Source of the DNA: Chloroflexota bacterium
GTDB lineage: Bacteria; Chloroflexota; Dehalococcoidia; Lucifugimonadales; GCA-002723415
Length of the DNA stretch: 64,000 nucleotides
Direction: 5' to 3'
Assembly: GCA_002721445.1 (NCBI GenBank)
Contig: PBKN01000014.1
Location: 12,988-76,987 of the forward strand
The notes beneath the pieces were generated by a model. That model had not been told where the DNA came from and searched no databases. It saw nothing but the letters and a program-made list of their open reading frames with translations. Positions within the stretch are counted from its first letter, which is position 1. The number at the start of each line of letters is the position of its first letter. The translations under genes were made by a program, and so were the position numbers. This document shows positions 1-9,356 of the stretch, one piece after another.

Positions 1-1
1 T

Positions 2-121
2 GTAGAAATCAAACATCAAAAAGCTCCAAAACTTGGAGAACATGTAGAATATATATTAAAAGAATTTTTGAGTTTTTCACCAGAGCAAGTATCAGAATTT
101 TATAATGACAAAATAATTTAA
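2..121 (+). CDS. C-terminal fragment of a family III CoA-transferase (CaiB/BaiF-like); 5' end lies outside the window
   Basis: Frame is open from the window edge to TAA at 119-121. Translation VEIKHQKAPKLGEHVEYILKEFLSFSPEQVSEFYNDKII carries the AP-x-LGEH motif typical of the C-terminal region of CaiB/BaiF enzymes. Confidence 0.5.
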   Translation, partial: VEIKHQKAPKLGEHVEYILKEFLSFSPEQVSEFYNDKII

Positions 122-134
122 AATAGGAGTTATA

Positions 135-530
135 ATGAAAAAATCACGGAATAATTATCCAGATATTTACCCAGCAGGGCCTACATATATTAGAGGAATT
201 AAATCAGATAATACATTATATATATCAGGTATTACAGCAAATAATTCAAACGCTCAAAACAAAGACATAATGTCTCAGCTTGATGTGATATTAGATAGAA
301 TTACGAAAATAGTAGATTCAGAAGGGGGTAAACCTTCAGATATTGTTTCTGTCACAACTTACATAGTAGAATCAGAAATGCCAAAGTTTTGGCCTATAAA
401 TGATCAACAACAACAAATATGGACTAAATATTTTAAAGGAGAATGGCCCACAAACTCATATATAGGAATCCCATGCTTAGCAACTCCAGAAATGAAAATT
501 GAAATAACTGCTACAGCAATAATAGATTGA
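135..530 (+). CDS. RidA/YjgF/UK114-family reactive-intermediate deaminase-like protein
   Basis: 131-aa ORF with AGGAG upstream of the ATG. Size and the LYISGITA ... KIEITATAI layout fit the YjgF/RidA fold. Ends with TGA. Confidence 0.7.
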   Translation: MKKSRNNYPDIYPAGPTYIRGIKSDNTLYISGITANNSNAQNKDIMSQLDVILDRITKIVDSEGGKPSDIVSVTTYIVESEMPKFWPINDQQQQIWTKYFKGEWPTNSYIGIPCLATPEMKIEITATAIID

Positions 531-560
531 TCAATATATCCCAATTATATGGAGAAATAA

Positions 561-1772
561 ATGAAAAAGTTAGACTATTCTAGTTTGATATCAAAAAATG
601 CACCTTTACCTATAGAATCGCCACCTGGATTATCTATGGATGGGTCAAAAAAATCAAAATATATTTTTTCAATTACTTATACAAATCCACATACTTTTCA
701 GAAAAATAAAATGTCAGATGCTCTAAATACTGCTATAAACAAAGAATGGAACACTTTAACTAAATATCCAGACATCCAAGGGTATCCAAAATTAAGAAAC
801 TTAATATCCAATAATTTACAGCTCTATAGAAAATTAACTGTAAATCCCGAATTAGTATTTTTAAGCAGTGGCGCAGGAGGCGCAATAAAAACTATTTTAG
901 ATACTTTTATAGACTCAGGAGATATAGTCTTAGTTGAAGAGTTTACTTATTTAGGTACTTTAAACATGCTACTGGCAAAAGGTGCTAAAGTAATACATAT
1001 ACCAACAGATCAATATGGTATTGAAACTGAAAAACTAGAAAATACTCTAAAAGACCTAAAACTTAAAAATACTTTGCCAAAACTTATATGTACAATACCC
1101 GTTTACCAAAATCCAATGGGGATTACAATGAGTCTAGGAAGAAAAAAAAGTTTAATTAAGCTATCTGAAAAATACCAAATACCAATAATTGAAAATGAAT
1201 CCTATGCTGATTTCAGAATAGATGGTCCAAACTTGCCTCCAACCCTCATGAGCCTTGATACAGCTGGAACAGTAATTTATGTCTCTGCTTATACTAAATT
1301 ATTAGGCTGTGGCTTAAGACTAGGATATGCCGTATTACCAGCAAATATGCAAAATGTATTATCAAGATTTGACTCCGGGAATTCTCCGAGCCAACTTGCA
1401 TCAATATTAGTTTATGAATTTCTAAAAAATTACAGAAATGAACATGTAGTTTCTACAGCGGATTCATTAAAAATTAAACGAGATACTATGTTAAAGGCTC
1501 TGGAAAAATATTTCCCAAAAACTTGTTCATGGAGTAAACCAAATGGAGGAATGATGATATGGTTAAAATTGCCTTCAAATGCTAATACTTGGACAGCGCT
1601 GCCTCATGCTATAAAAAATAGTGTAGAATATAATCCTGGTCCTCAATTTCATGCTGGGAAATCAGGGAAAAATTTCCTTAGATTAACTTATAGTTATAAT
1701 TCTGCAGATGAGATTCAAGAAGGAATTAAAATTCTTTCTGAAGTATTTGATCAAGAAGAAATGTTTAAATAA
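561..1772 (+). CDS. PLP-dependent aminotransferase, class I/II fold
   Basis: 403 aa. The SAYTKLLGCGLRLGY segment matches the S-x-[ST]-K ... G-x-R-x-G-Y pyridoxal-lysine region of class I aminotransferases. GGAGA lies upstream of the ATG. Confidence 0.8.
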   Translation: MKKLDYSSLISKNAPLPIESPPGLSMDGSKKSKYIFSITYTNPHTFQKNKMSDALNTAINKEWNTLTKYPDIQGYPKLRNLISNNLQLYRKLTVNPELVFLSSGAGGAIKTILDTFIDSGDIVLVEEFTYLGTLNMLLAKGAKVIHIPTDQYGIETEKLENTLKDLKLKNTLPKLICTIPVYQNPMGITMSLGRKKSLIKLSEKYQIPIIENESYADFRIDGPNLPPTLMSLDTAGTVIYVSAYTKLLGCGLRLGYAVLPANMQNVLSRFDSGNSPSQLASILVYEFLKNYRNEHVVSTADSLKIKRDTMLKALEKYFPKTCSWSKPNGGMMIWLKLPSNANTWTALPHAIKNSVEYNPGPQFHAGKSGKNFLRLTYSYNSADEIQEGIKILSEVFDQEEMFK

Positions 1773-1794
1773 TAGACATTTTCTAAGGAAATTT

Positions 1795-3030
1795 ATGAAT
1801 AAATTATTTTATAACAGGTGGTGGATTAATAAAGAAGAAAGAAGTTTTCTTCTTTTTGCATCATTTTCTCACGCAATATCAGATGCATGGCATATGCTAT
1901 TTCCTATGCTCATATTTGTGATAGACAATGATTATAATGATTATATATTTTTAAGTTTCTTAATTACAATTACTATTATTACTAGAGCAATATCAGGTTT
2001 TTTATGCGGTATTCTTTCTGACAAAATAAATAGTAAATATATTTTTATATTATTCCCAATACTCACATCTTTAGGCTGCTTAATTGTTTTTCTTTCCCCT
2101 GATAAAATAATTTTAGGCATAGGCTTATCTTTACTTGGGCTAGGTACTGGTATATATCATCCTATTTCTTTATCTTTAATAAGTAAAAACCTAAAAAAAC
2201 AATCTGAAGCTTTAGGTTTCCATGAAGCTGGTGGGATACTCGGTCAATCAATTTTAATTCTTTCTCTTATTTCAGTAGCAGTGCAATTTGGCTGGAAAGA
2301 AGCATTTTTACTTGCAGCAATTATATCAATTTCACCCTTATTTTTAATGATAAAAATTAATGATAAATTTTTTCTTTCTAAAGCTAAATTAAACTTAAAT
2401 AAAATTGAAAATAAAATGAACCCACAAATATTTAATAAGTTTTCAATTTTAATAGTATCTATGGTGTTAATCTACTCAATAATAGTATTATTAGAAGGCT
2501 CTACAACTGCAACTGATTCATTTTTGTCAGCAATTATAGCTGACTTAGGTCAAATTGGAGAAACTACAATCTTTCAAATACCTAAAACAGCTATAATGTA
2601 TAGTTTAATAGTATTACTTGGTACTCCTGGAAGTATTTTAAGTGGAATCTTATCTGCGAAGATAGGCCCAGAAAAAGCTTTATTAATTGTAAGCCTACTA
2701 TGTATTCCAGTATTAATATTTTTATATGCACAAGAAAGTCTAATACTTTTAATTACCCTACCAGTACTTAGAGCTTTAATCTCTTCAAGATCACCTATTC
2801 AAAACGTGCTTATAGCAAAATATATACCTGATAATAAAAGAGGACTTGGGTTTGGTTTTATGTATGGAATATCACCTGTAATTGGAGCTATTATTGCAAT
2901 AATAGGAGGTTATACAATAGAAAATTACACACTGAATTCAGTTTTCTATTTGGCTTCAGTTATACTTATAATATCTTTACCATTACAGATATTATTACAA
3001 TCTTCAAAAATAAATAAACCTACTTCATAA
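1795..3030 (+). CDS. MFS-type transporter
   Basis: Multi-pass hydrophobic protein of about 12 helices. I start it at the internal ATG 1795 (MNKLFYNRWW). The ORF-track start at 1708 would overlap the aminotransferase by 65 nt. Confidence 0.65.
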   Translation: MNKLFYNRWWINKEERSFLLFASFSHAISDAWHMLFPMLIFVIDNDYNDYIFLSFLITITIITRAISGFLCGILSDKINSKYIFILFPILTSLGCLIVFLSPDKIILGIGLSLLGLGTGIYHPISLSLISKNLKKQSEALGFHEAGGILGQSILILSLISVAVQFGWKEAFLLAAIISISPLFLMIKINDKFFLSKAKLNLNKIENKMNPQIFNKFSILIVSMVLIYSIIVLLEGSTTATDSFLSAIIADLGQIGETTIFQIPKTAIMYSLIVLLGTPGSILSGILSAKIGPEKALLIVSLLCIPVLIFLYAQESLILLITLPVLRALISSRSPIQNVLIAKYIPDNKRGLGFGFMYGISPVIGAIIAIIGGYTIENYTLNSVFYLASVILIISLPLQILLQSSKINKPTS

Positions 3031-3042
3031 AGGCCAAAATAT

Positions 3043-3240
3043 ATGATTAACAATAAAAATAAATTAGAACAAATTTTATTGAAATGGATTTACCAACAAA
3101 GAATTTGCAATGAATGTGAAACTAGAATACGTTTTGGAGATATTGAATGCCCTCATTGCGGCCTTGATTTAGAAGAAAGTATTGATGAGTGGATAATCCC
3201 TTTAGCTAATCAAATTTCTTCTTTAGAAAATAGTAAATAA
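3043..3240 (+). CDS. small zinc-ribbon protein (hypothetical)
   Basis: 65 aa with CNEC-x11-CPHC, a four-Cys zinc-ribbon pattern. No other recognisable family. Confidence 0.4.
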   Translation: MINNKNKLEQILLKWIYQQRICNECETRIRFGDIECPHCGLDLEESIDEWIIPLANQISSLENSK

Positions 3241-3373
3241 GGAATTTAATTAAAACTATTCCAACTACAATTGTAGAAAGTTTACTTAGACCTGATTGTG
3301 TATTTGTTCATGCAATATCTAATGATATACACTTAGATGAAGCCTACAAAAAATTACAGAATGCAGTTGATTC

Positions 3374-4471
3374 TTAAACATTAAATCTAAATAAAATAAC
3401 GTCTCCATCTTGAACTTGGTAATCCTTTCCTTCAATCCTCATTTTACCGGCCTCTTTCGCACCTTGCTCTCCATTGAATTTAACATAATCTGAGAAAGAA
3501 ATTACTTCAGCCCTAATAAATCCTTTTTCAAAATCGGTATGAATTGCTCGTGCTGCTCTTGGCGCAGATGAGTTAGATGGGACAGTCCAAGCTCTGGACT
3601 CCTTGGGGCCGGACGTGAAATAAGTCATTAAGTTAAGTAAATCATACCCTTCATATATCATCCTAACTAAGCCGGGTTCTTTCAATCCTAGCTCTTCCAG
3701 AAATTCATATTGATCAGCAGCATCAAGTTGAGAGAGTTCAGATTCTATTTTGGCAGAAATTAAAACAGCCCCAGCACCTTCTTCTCTTGCCATATCAAAA
3801 ACTAATTCTGAATAATGGTTCCCTTTGGAAGCATCAGTTTCATTTACGTTACATACATAGAGAACTGGTTTAGCTGTTAGCAACTGAAGGCTTTTTAATA
3901 GTGCTTCTTCACTATCTTTAATTTCTATAGTACGAACTGGTCTGCCCTCCCGTAAAAGGTCTAAGGCTTTATTCACCAAGCCTATTAATTCCTGGGATTC
4001 CTTATCGCCGCTTTTGGCTTTCTTTGACAAGCTAGGTTCCCGTCTTTCCAGCGTTTCTAGATCTGCCAACATAAGTTCAGTTTCAACAATTTCAAGATCA
4101 GAAAGTGGGTCTATTTTACCTTCTACATGAACTATGTCTGAATCATCAAAGCAACGCAAGACATAGGCTATTGCATCCATCTCTCTAATATTAGCGAGAA
4201 ATTGATTACCCAATCCTTCCCCTTTAGAAGCTCCTTTCACCAAACCTGCAATATCCACAAATGTCATCCTCGTAGGAACAATATTTTCGGAGTTGGTTAT
4301 TTCAGCCAACTCATACAGTCTAGGATCTGGTATTGCGACTTCTCCCACGTTGGGTTCTATGGTACAAAAAGGGTAGTTCTCTGCCTGAGCCATAGCTGTC
4401 TTAGTAAGTGCATTAAAAAGGGTCGATTTGCCGACATTAGGCAATCCTACAATTCCACATTTAAATCCCAT
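3374..4471 (-). CDS. ychF: ribosome-binding ATPase YchF (Obg-like GTPase family)
   Basis: 365 aa. Has the P-loop GIVGLPNVGKSTLFNALT, a TGS-like C-terminus (ESRAWT ... VILFRFNV), and AAGGAA upstream of the ATG. Confidence 0.95.
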   Translation of the reverse strand: MGFKCGIVGLPNVGKSTLFNALTKTAMAQAENYPFCTIEPNVGEVAIPDPRLYELAEITNSENIVPTRMTFVDIAGLVKGASKGEGLGNQFLANIREMDAIAYVLRCFDDSDIVHVEGKIDPLSDLEIVETELMLADLETLERREPSLSKKAKSGDKESQELIGLVNKALDLLREGRPVRTIEIKDSEEALLKSLQLLTAKPVLYVCNVNETDASKGNHYSELVFDMAREEGAGAVLISAKIESELSQLDAADQYEFLEELGLKEPGLVRMIYEGYDLLNLMTYFTSGPKESRAWTVPSNSSAPRAARAIHTDFEKGFIRAEVISFSDYVKFNGEQGAKEAGKMRIEGKDYQVQDGDVILFRFNV

Positions 4472-4495
4472 GAGTTCCTTTCAAAATATTCATAA

Positions 4496-5539
4496 TCAAA
4501 TTGCAAGTATATTTGCAGGATTATTAATTATAATATTATCAATTTGCTTTCTTGACATACCTTTTTCTATCATATGAGGGATTACATTTTCAATTATATG
4601 GCTAAAGCCATGTCCTCCATATTTTTGTAGTCTATGTTTTGTACATATATCTTGGGCAATAACTATTTGTTTTTCGTAGCCTTTTGATATTAAATATATT
4701 AAATAATCAATTCGTTGTCCGTCGCTCAACATATCAAAATTTGATAGAGGATAAAAAGATGTTTCTTGACCGAATAAATCATATTCTAAGTAACAACCGT
4801 TCTCTGCTATTTCAATTAAAACATCATAGCTTGATACAGTTCTATCTAGATGTCCCATAATTGTTCTGGTGAGATCAGCTCCAGATTCTTTTAATATTTT
4901 AATAATTTCTTTTGGAGATTCTTCATCTCGTCCTGGGTGTATTAATATAGCAACTCCAGTCTCAGCTTGAGCTGCAGCAGAGGCTCTTAAAACTTTAGTT
5001 TCATTTTTTGTTAATGGCCAAGAGCAACCTATTTCACCAATAATTCCTGCTTTAATATTAGTATCCCCTACCCCATGGGTTATATCGTCTATAATCATTT
5101 GTGTAATTGTAGATTCTTTGATCTCATCCATATTTTTTGGATGAGATTTATCTACATAATAACTTGCACCCATAACAACATTAATATTTGTAGCACGTGA
5201 AACTCGTGCTAATGCTAATGGATCTCTGCCTATACCAATTGAAGTAGCATCTACTATTGTGCCTCCCCCTGCCCTTTTATATTTACTTGCTTCTGTTATA
5301 GTTATTTCTTCATCTGATATTAATAGATTGTCTAAATTACTAGTCCAGTTTCTTCTTATCCATCCTAAATTATCAAGTCGTATAGATTCATATGCTTTAA
5401 ATAATTCTGTTGACTCTTTAGGTTCAATAAGCATAGCTTTAAAATCTATAAATAAATGTTCATGAGTAGTCGTTATTCCCAAATCTTCAGGTTTAATTTT
5501 GCCAAGAACAGTTTGTATATACTTTGATGAATTAGTCAT
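4496..5539 (-). CDS. phosphotriesterase-family (PTE homology, amidohydrolase superfamily) protein
   Basis: 347 aa. Has the THEHL metal-binding motif near the N-terminus, GIIGEIG, and later His/Asp ligands (ILIHPGR, AQDICTKH). Confidence 0.85.
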   Translation of the reverse strand: MTNSSKYIQTVLGKIKPEDLGITTTHEHLFIDFKAMLIEPKESTELFKAYESIRLDNLGWIRRNWTSNLDNLLISDEEITITEASKYKRAGGGTIVDATSIGIGRDPLALARVSRATNINVVMGASYYVDKSHPKNMDEIKESTITQMIIDDITHGVGDTNIKAGIIGEIGCSWPLTKNETKVLRASAAAQAETGVAILIHPGRDEESPKEIIKILKESGADLTRTIMGHLDRTVSSYDVLIEIAENGCYLEYDLFGQETSFYPLSNFDMLSDGQRIDYLIYLISKGYEKQIVIAQDICTKHRLQKYGGHGFSHIIENVIPHMIEKGMSRKQIDNIIINNPANILAI

Positions 5540-5562
5540 TATATTCTGCCTTAAATATATTC

Positions 5563-6210
5563 TTAATTGTTAATATCTATACCATCTAACACAGGTAGTT
5601 TATCAAATATATTAGAATTTGGAGTTACATATATTAAACAATCTAAAGTTTCCGGGACAAATTCAGATATTTCAAAACTTTCAATATACCAATCCTTATC
5701 ACTACCTCTATCAATAAACCTCCAATATAACGCAGGATAACTAGTATACTGGTATGATAAAGATTCACCTTTATATAACCATTTAACAGATACAAAACCT
5801 TGCAAATGATTTACTGATTTGTAATTCCCTAATAATTTTTCGCCTTGTTCTATTTTTTCTTTTTCTTTTTGACTAGTCGGTTTTACAATTTTAATTCTAT
5901 CAATTGTAATAGATACATCTTTATCCCAATTAACAAAATCAGAATTCCTCTTCCAATTTTCCAATTCATTGTTATTAATATTTACAAAGTTGTCTAAATC
6001 ACATTTCTCCTTCATTCGATAGCTAATATATTTAGTGTAAATTTCTTCCATATTTCCATCTTGCCATGAATTTATAAATCCTTGTGAACGAGATGTAAGG
6101 TTTTTCAAATCATTATCAGAACAACTGATTAAAATAAATGATGAAATGAGTAAAAAAATAAACACCCCAAAAATCTTAGAATAATACTTTAAATTATATT
6201 TATTAAACAT
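5563..6210 (-). CDS. hypothetical lipoprotein
   Basis: N-terminal hydrophobic segment followed by the lipobox-like LISC. ATG at 6210 overlaps the TGA stop of the upstream gene (TGATG). The ORF-track start at 6213 is a TTG one codon earlier. Confidence 0.5.
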   Translation of the reverse strand: MFNKYNLKYYSKIFGVFIFLLISSFILISCSDNDLKNLTSRSQGFINSWQDGNMEEIYTKYISYRMKEKCDLDNFVNINNNELENWKRNSDFVNWDKDVSITIDRIKIVKPTSQKEKEKIEQGEKLLGNYKSVNHLQGFVSVKWLYKGESLSYQYTSYPALYWRFIDRGSDKDWYIESFEISEFVPETLDCLIYVTPNSNIFDKLPVLDGIDINN

Positions 6211-9200
6211 CAATTACTAATTCTTTCTTTTAAAGGATCTATTTCATCTATGATTAACGATTCAAATCTAGAAATTTCAGAATCTATTTTTAATTTAAGA
6301 TGTTCTAAAACATTATACGATTGAGCAGTCGGACGACCTTCTGCACTTGACACTGTACTGTCTAAATTAAATAAAGCATCGACCAGCCTAGAGAGCGGTT
6401 CTCCCATTTGACCAAGACCTTGATTTTTCCAAGAAGGTAACAACTCACCTTCAATCTTATCTAATTTTTCTAAGGCATTAATACAGTTCCCCTGATTTTG
6501 TTTGTCTAAATCTAATTGATCTAATATATTAACTAACTCTAATCTAATTTTTCTGATTTTATTAATATGTTTATAAGTATTAGATATTGTATCCCTAATT
6601 GAAATTAACAATTGAAATTGTTCTTTCATATCACTAATTGGAACATCAATATTATTAGCAGGTTGAATTTCGAATTTTTCAGAATAATCCTTTCCATCTA
6701 TATTAAGAATAACTTGATATTCTCCAGGGATAGCGATAGGACCTTTAGAGGGACTTCCCCCTAATAAATTCATAGAATCTATAGTAGCAAGAGATAAAGA
6801 ATCTTCATAACGCATATCCCAAATAAATCTATTTATCCCTTCATTAAATTTAAATTCATTATGGCTACTATCAAATTCCTTAATTAATCTCCCTTTATGA
6901 TCAAAAAAACTTAATTTCAATTTTGAAAATTCTTTTTGTATATAAAAGAAAAGTTCTACACCTGATAAATGATTATAGCCAGCATCTAAATAAACTCTAT
7001 TAGAGGGGCCATCTTTATAATTATTTTTATAAGCAACATGCACACCAAGTGCTAACTGATAGTTTATACCTTCAGCTATACGAACTTCAGAAGTTACACC
7101 AAGCATAGGAATAATGCGTTTTGCTGGCCTAGGTCTAAATAATAAATTATCTTCAATAAGTTTTGTAGGTAATTGCTGAAGAAAAGTAATATTATCTAAT
7201 ACCCAAAACGATCTACCATGTGTAGCTACAATTATATCCCCATCTTTAACAACTAAATCATGGATAGGAGATACAGGTAATCCTTCACCTAGTATTTGCC
7301 ATGAATCCCCATCATCTAACGAAAAAAATACATTAAATTCAGTTCCAATATATAATAACCCTTGTCTTTTCTCATCTTCTCTAATTACTCTTACAAATTC
7401 TTCTGAAAAAATATTTGAATCTAGTTTTTTCCAGCTCTTTCCATAATTTTCAGTTTTATATAAATACGGCGCATAATCATCTAATTTATATCTTATACCA
7501 GTTAAATATGCAGTGCCTGGATTAAATTCAGAAGGTTCAATCATGCTAATTGTGGTCCATTCAGGTAAATCAGGAGGTGTAATATCATTCCAAGTCTTTC
7601 CTGAATCATCTGATACATATACCAGTCCATCATCAGTCCCTACCCAAAACAAACCCTCTTTTAATGTAGATTCAGCAAAAGCAAAAATAGTACAATATAC
7701 TTCAGCGCCTGAAACGTCTCTACTGATAGGCTCCCCACCAGGTCCTCCTTTAGTAGGATCATTCTTAGTCAAGTCTGGGCTTATTACTTCCCAGCTCATA
7801 CCCTCGTCAATCGAACGAAAGACCCTATTTCCTGCTACATATAAAACTTTGGGATTATGTGGAGAAATAATAATAGGATAGGTCCATTGAAATCTATATT
7901 TCATTTTGTTTGCACCATGTCCATATGAAATTTCAGGCCAAACAGCAATTATACGTGTTTCACCAGATCTATGATCATATTTTAATAAGGTATTACTCCC
8001 TCCAGGGGCACTTCCAATTGCTCCAGAATATATTATATTAGAATCATTTGGATCTACTGCTATATACCCACTTTCTGATGGCCCAACTGAATAACAATCC
8101 TCCCATAATATAGCACCTTTCATTGAATAACTTGGGACACTAATAGCAGTGTTATCTTGTTGAGTACCATAAATTCTATATGGGTTTTGGTTGTCTACAG
8201 CGACATGATAAAACTGTGAAGTTGGCTGATTATGAATTGAGGACCAAGAAATACCTCCATTATAAGATACACAAGCTCCACCATCATTACCTTCAATCAT
8301 TCTATTGGTATCTTCTGGATCTATCCATAAATCATGATTATCACTATGTGGCATCCCTTGCATTTTAAAAGTTTCACCTCCATCTTCAGATTTCCATGCT
8401 TGTATAGGTAATGTCCACACAATATCAGGATTCTGTGGATCAGCAAAAATATGATGGTGGTAAAAAGGTCTTTGTTTTACAATTGAAGAATCATTTACAC
8501 AATCCCAATTATCTCCACCATCTTCAGATCTAAAAAGACCTCCATTTTCAGATTCAATTATAGCCCATACTCTATCTTTTTTTGCTGGAGAAACAGTTAC
8601 ACCAATTCTACCTATAATTTTGGTACCTAAATTAATATTATCTGTTATATTACTCCAAGAAGCCCCACCATCAATAGATTTATATAATCCGCTATCTTCT
8701 CCTCCACTAATTAAGCTCCAAGGAGTACGTAAAGTTTCCCATATTGCAGCATATAAGATATCCGGATCATTCGAATCCATACTGAGATCTATAGCACCAG
8801 CTTTGTCACTTTTAAATAAAATTCTGTCCCAAGTTTTACCTCCGTTTTTCGAACAAAACACACCTCTATCATTATTGCTCCCAAATGCATGCCCTAAAGC
8901 AGCTACATATACTAGGTCGGGGTTGTTAGGATGTATTCTTATTCTAGAAATATGTTTTGTATCTTCTAAACCAAGATGTACCCATGTATTTCCTCCATCC
9001 ATGGACTTGTAAACTCCATCACCATATGAAACATCACTTCTGATACAAGCTTCACCCATACCTGCATAAATAATATCTGGATTAGAGTTAGATATTGCCA
9101 ATGCTCCTACAGATGATGTTTTAAAAAATCCATCTGAAATATTCTCCCAATAATTACCTCCATCTATAGTTTTCCATACCCCTCCAGCACAAGCACCAAA

Positions 9201-9311
9201 GTAAAAAATATTTTTTTCTACAGGATGTCCTGCTACTGCAACAACTCTTCCTCCCCTAAAAGGTCCAATTGAACGCCATTTTAATTCCTGAGTAGAAATT
9301 TTATTTCCCAT
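6210..9311 (-). CDS. BNR/Asp-box repeat beta-propeller protein (sortilin/VPS10-like, glycosyl-hydrolase-like)
   Basis: 1033 aa with about ten S-x-D-x-G-x-[ST]-W Asp-boxes (SMDGGNTW, SKNGGKTW, SIDGGASW, SEDGGDNW, SYNGGISW, SIDEGMSW, SDDSGKTW, TENYGKSW, SLDDGDSW). No obvious signal peptide. Confidence 0.85.
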   Translation of the reverse strand: MGNKISTQELKWRSIGPFRGGRVVAVAGHPVEKNIFYFGACAGGVWKTIDGGNYWENISDGFFKTSSVGALAISNSNPDIIYAGMGEACIRSDVSYGDGVYKSMDGGNTWVHLGLEDTKHISRIRIHPNNPDLVYVAALGHAFGSNNDRGVFCSKNGGKTWDRILFKSDKAGAIDLSMDSNDPDILYAAIWETLRTPWSLISGGEDSGLYKSIDGGASWSNITDNINLGTKIIGRIGVTVSPAKKDRVWAIIESENGGLFRSEDGGDNWDCVNDSSIVKQRPFYHHHIFADPQNPDIVWTLPIQAWKSEDGGETFKMQGMPHSDNHDLWIDPEDTNRMIEGNDGGACVSYNGGISWSSIHNQPTSQFYHVAVDNQNPYRIYGTQQDNTAISVPSYSMKGAILWEDCYSVGPSESGYIAVDPNDSNIIYSGAIGSAPGGSNTLLKYDHRSGETRIIAVWPEISYGHGANKMKYRFQWTYPIIISPHNPKVLYVAGNRVFRSIDEGMSWEVISPDLTKNDPTKGGPGGEPISRDVSGAEVYCTIFAFAESTLKEGLFWVGTDDGLVYVSDDSGKTWNDITPPDLPEWTTISMIEPSEFNPGTAYLTGIRYKLDDYAPYLYKTENYGKSWKKLDSNIFSEEFVRVIREDEKRQGLLYIGTEFNVFFSLDDGDSWQILGEGLPVSPIHDLVVKDGDIIVATHGRSFWVLDNITFLQQLPTKLIEDNLLFRPRPAKRIIPMLGVTSEVRIAEGINYQLALGVHVAYKNNYKDGPSNRVYLDAGYNHLSGVELFFYIQKEFSKLKLSFFDHKGRLIKEFDSSHNEFKFNEGINRFIWDMRYEDSLSLATIDSMNLLGGSPSKGPIAIPGEYQVILNIDGKDYSEKFEIQPANNIDVPISDMKEQFQLLISIRDTISNTYKHINKIRKIRLELVNILDQLDLDKQNQGNCINALEKLDKIEGELLPSWKNQGLGQMGEPLSRLVDALFNLDSTVSSAEGRPTAQSYNVLEHLKLKIDSEISRFESLIIDEIDPLKERISN

Positions 9312-9356
9312 TTTGTAATTCCTTTATTTCTCTTTATATAAATATTGTTTATAAAA

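Noticed and set aside
1708-1794. The long N-terminal extension of the MFS transporter ORF, overlapping the aminotransferase by 65 nt.
   Set aside because: The extension (MRFKKELKFFLKYLIKKKCLNNRHFLRKF) is basic low-complexity sequence read from the 3' end of the upstream gene. The ATG at 1795 gives a normal MFS N-terminus.
3237-3377. A stop-free 46-codon frame after the zinc-ribbon gene, reading ...TIPTTIVESLLRPDCVFVHAISNDIHLDEAYKKLQNAVDS and ending TAA 3375-3377. It could be a gene remnant or a frameshifted continuation.
   Set aside because: It contains no ATG/GTG/TTG start, is in a different frame from 3043-3240, has no slippery motif and resembles no family. It is too short to distinguish from chance. 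It could be a decayed gene tail, but I cannot support that.
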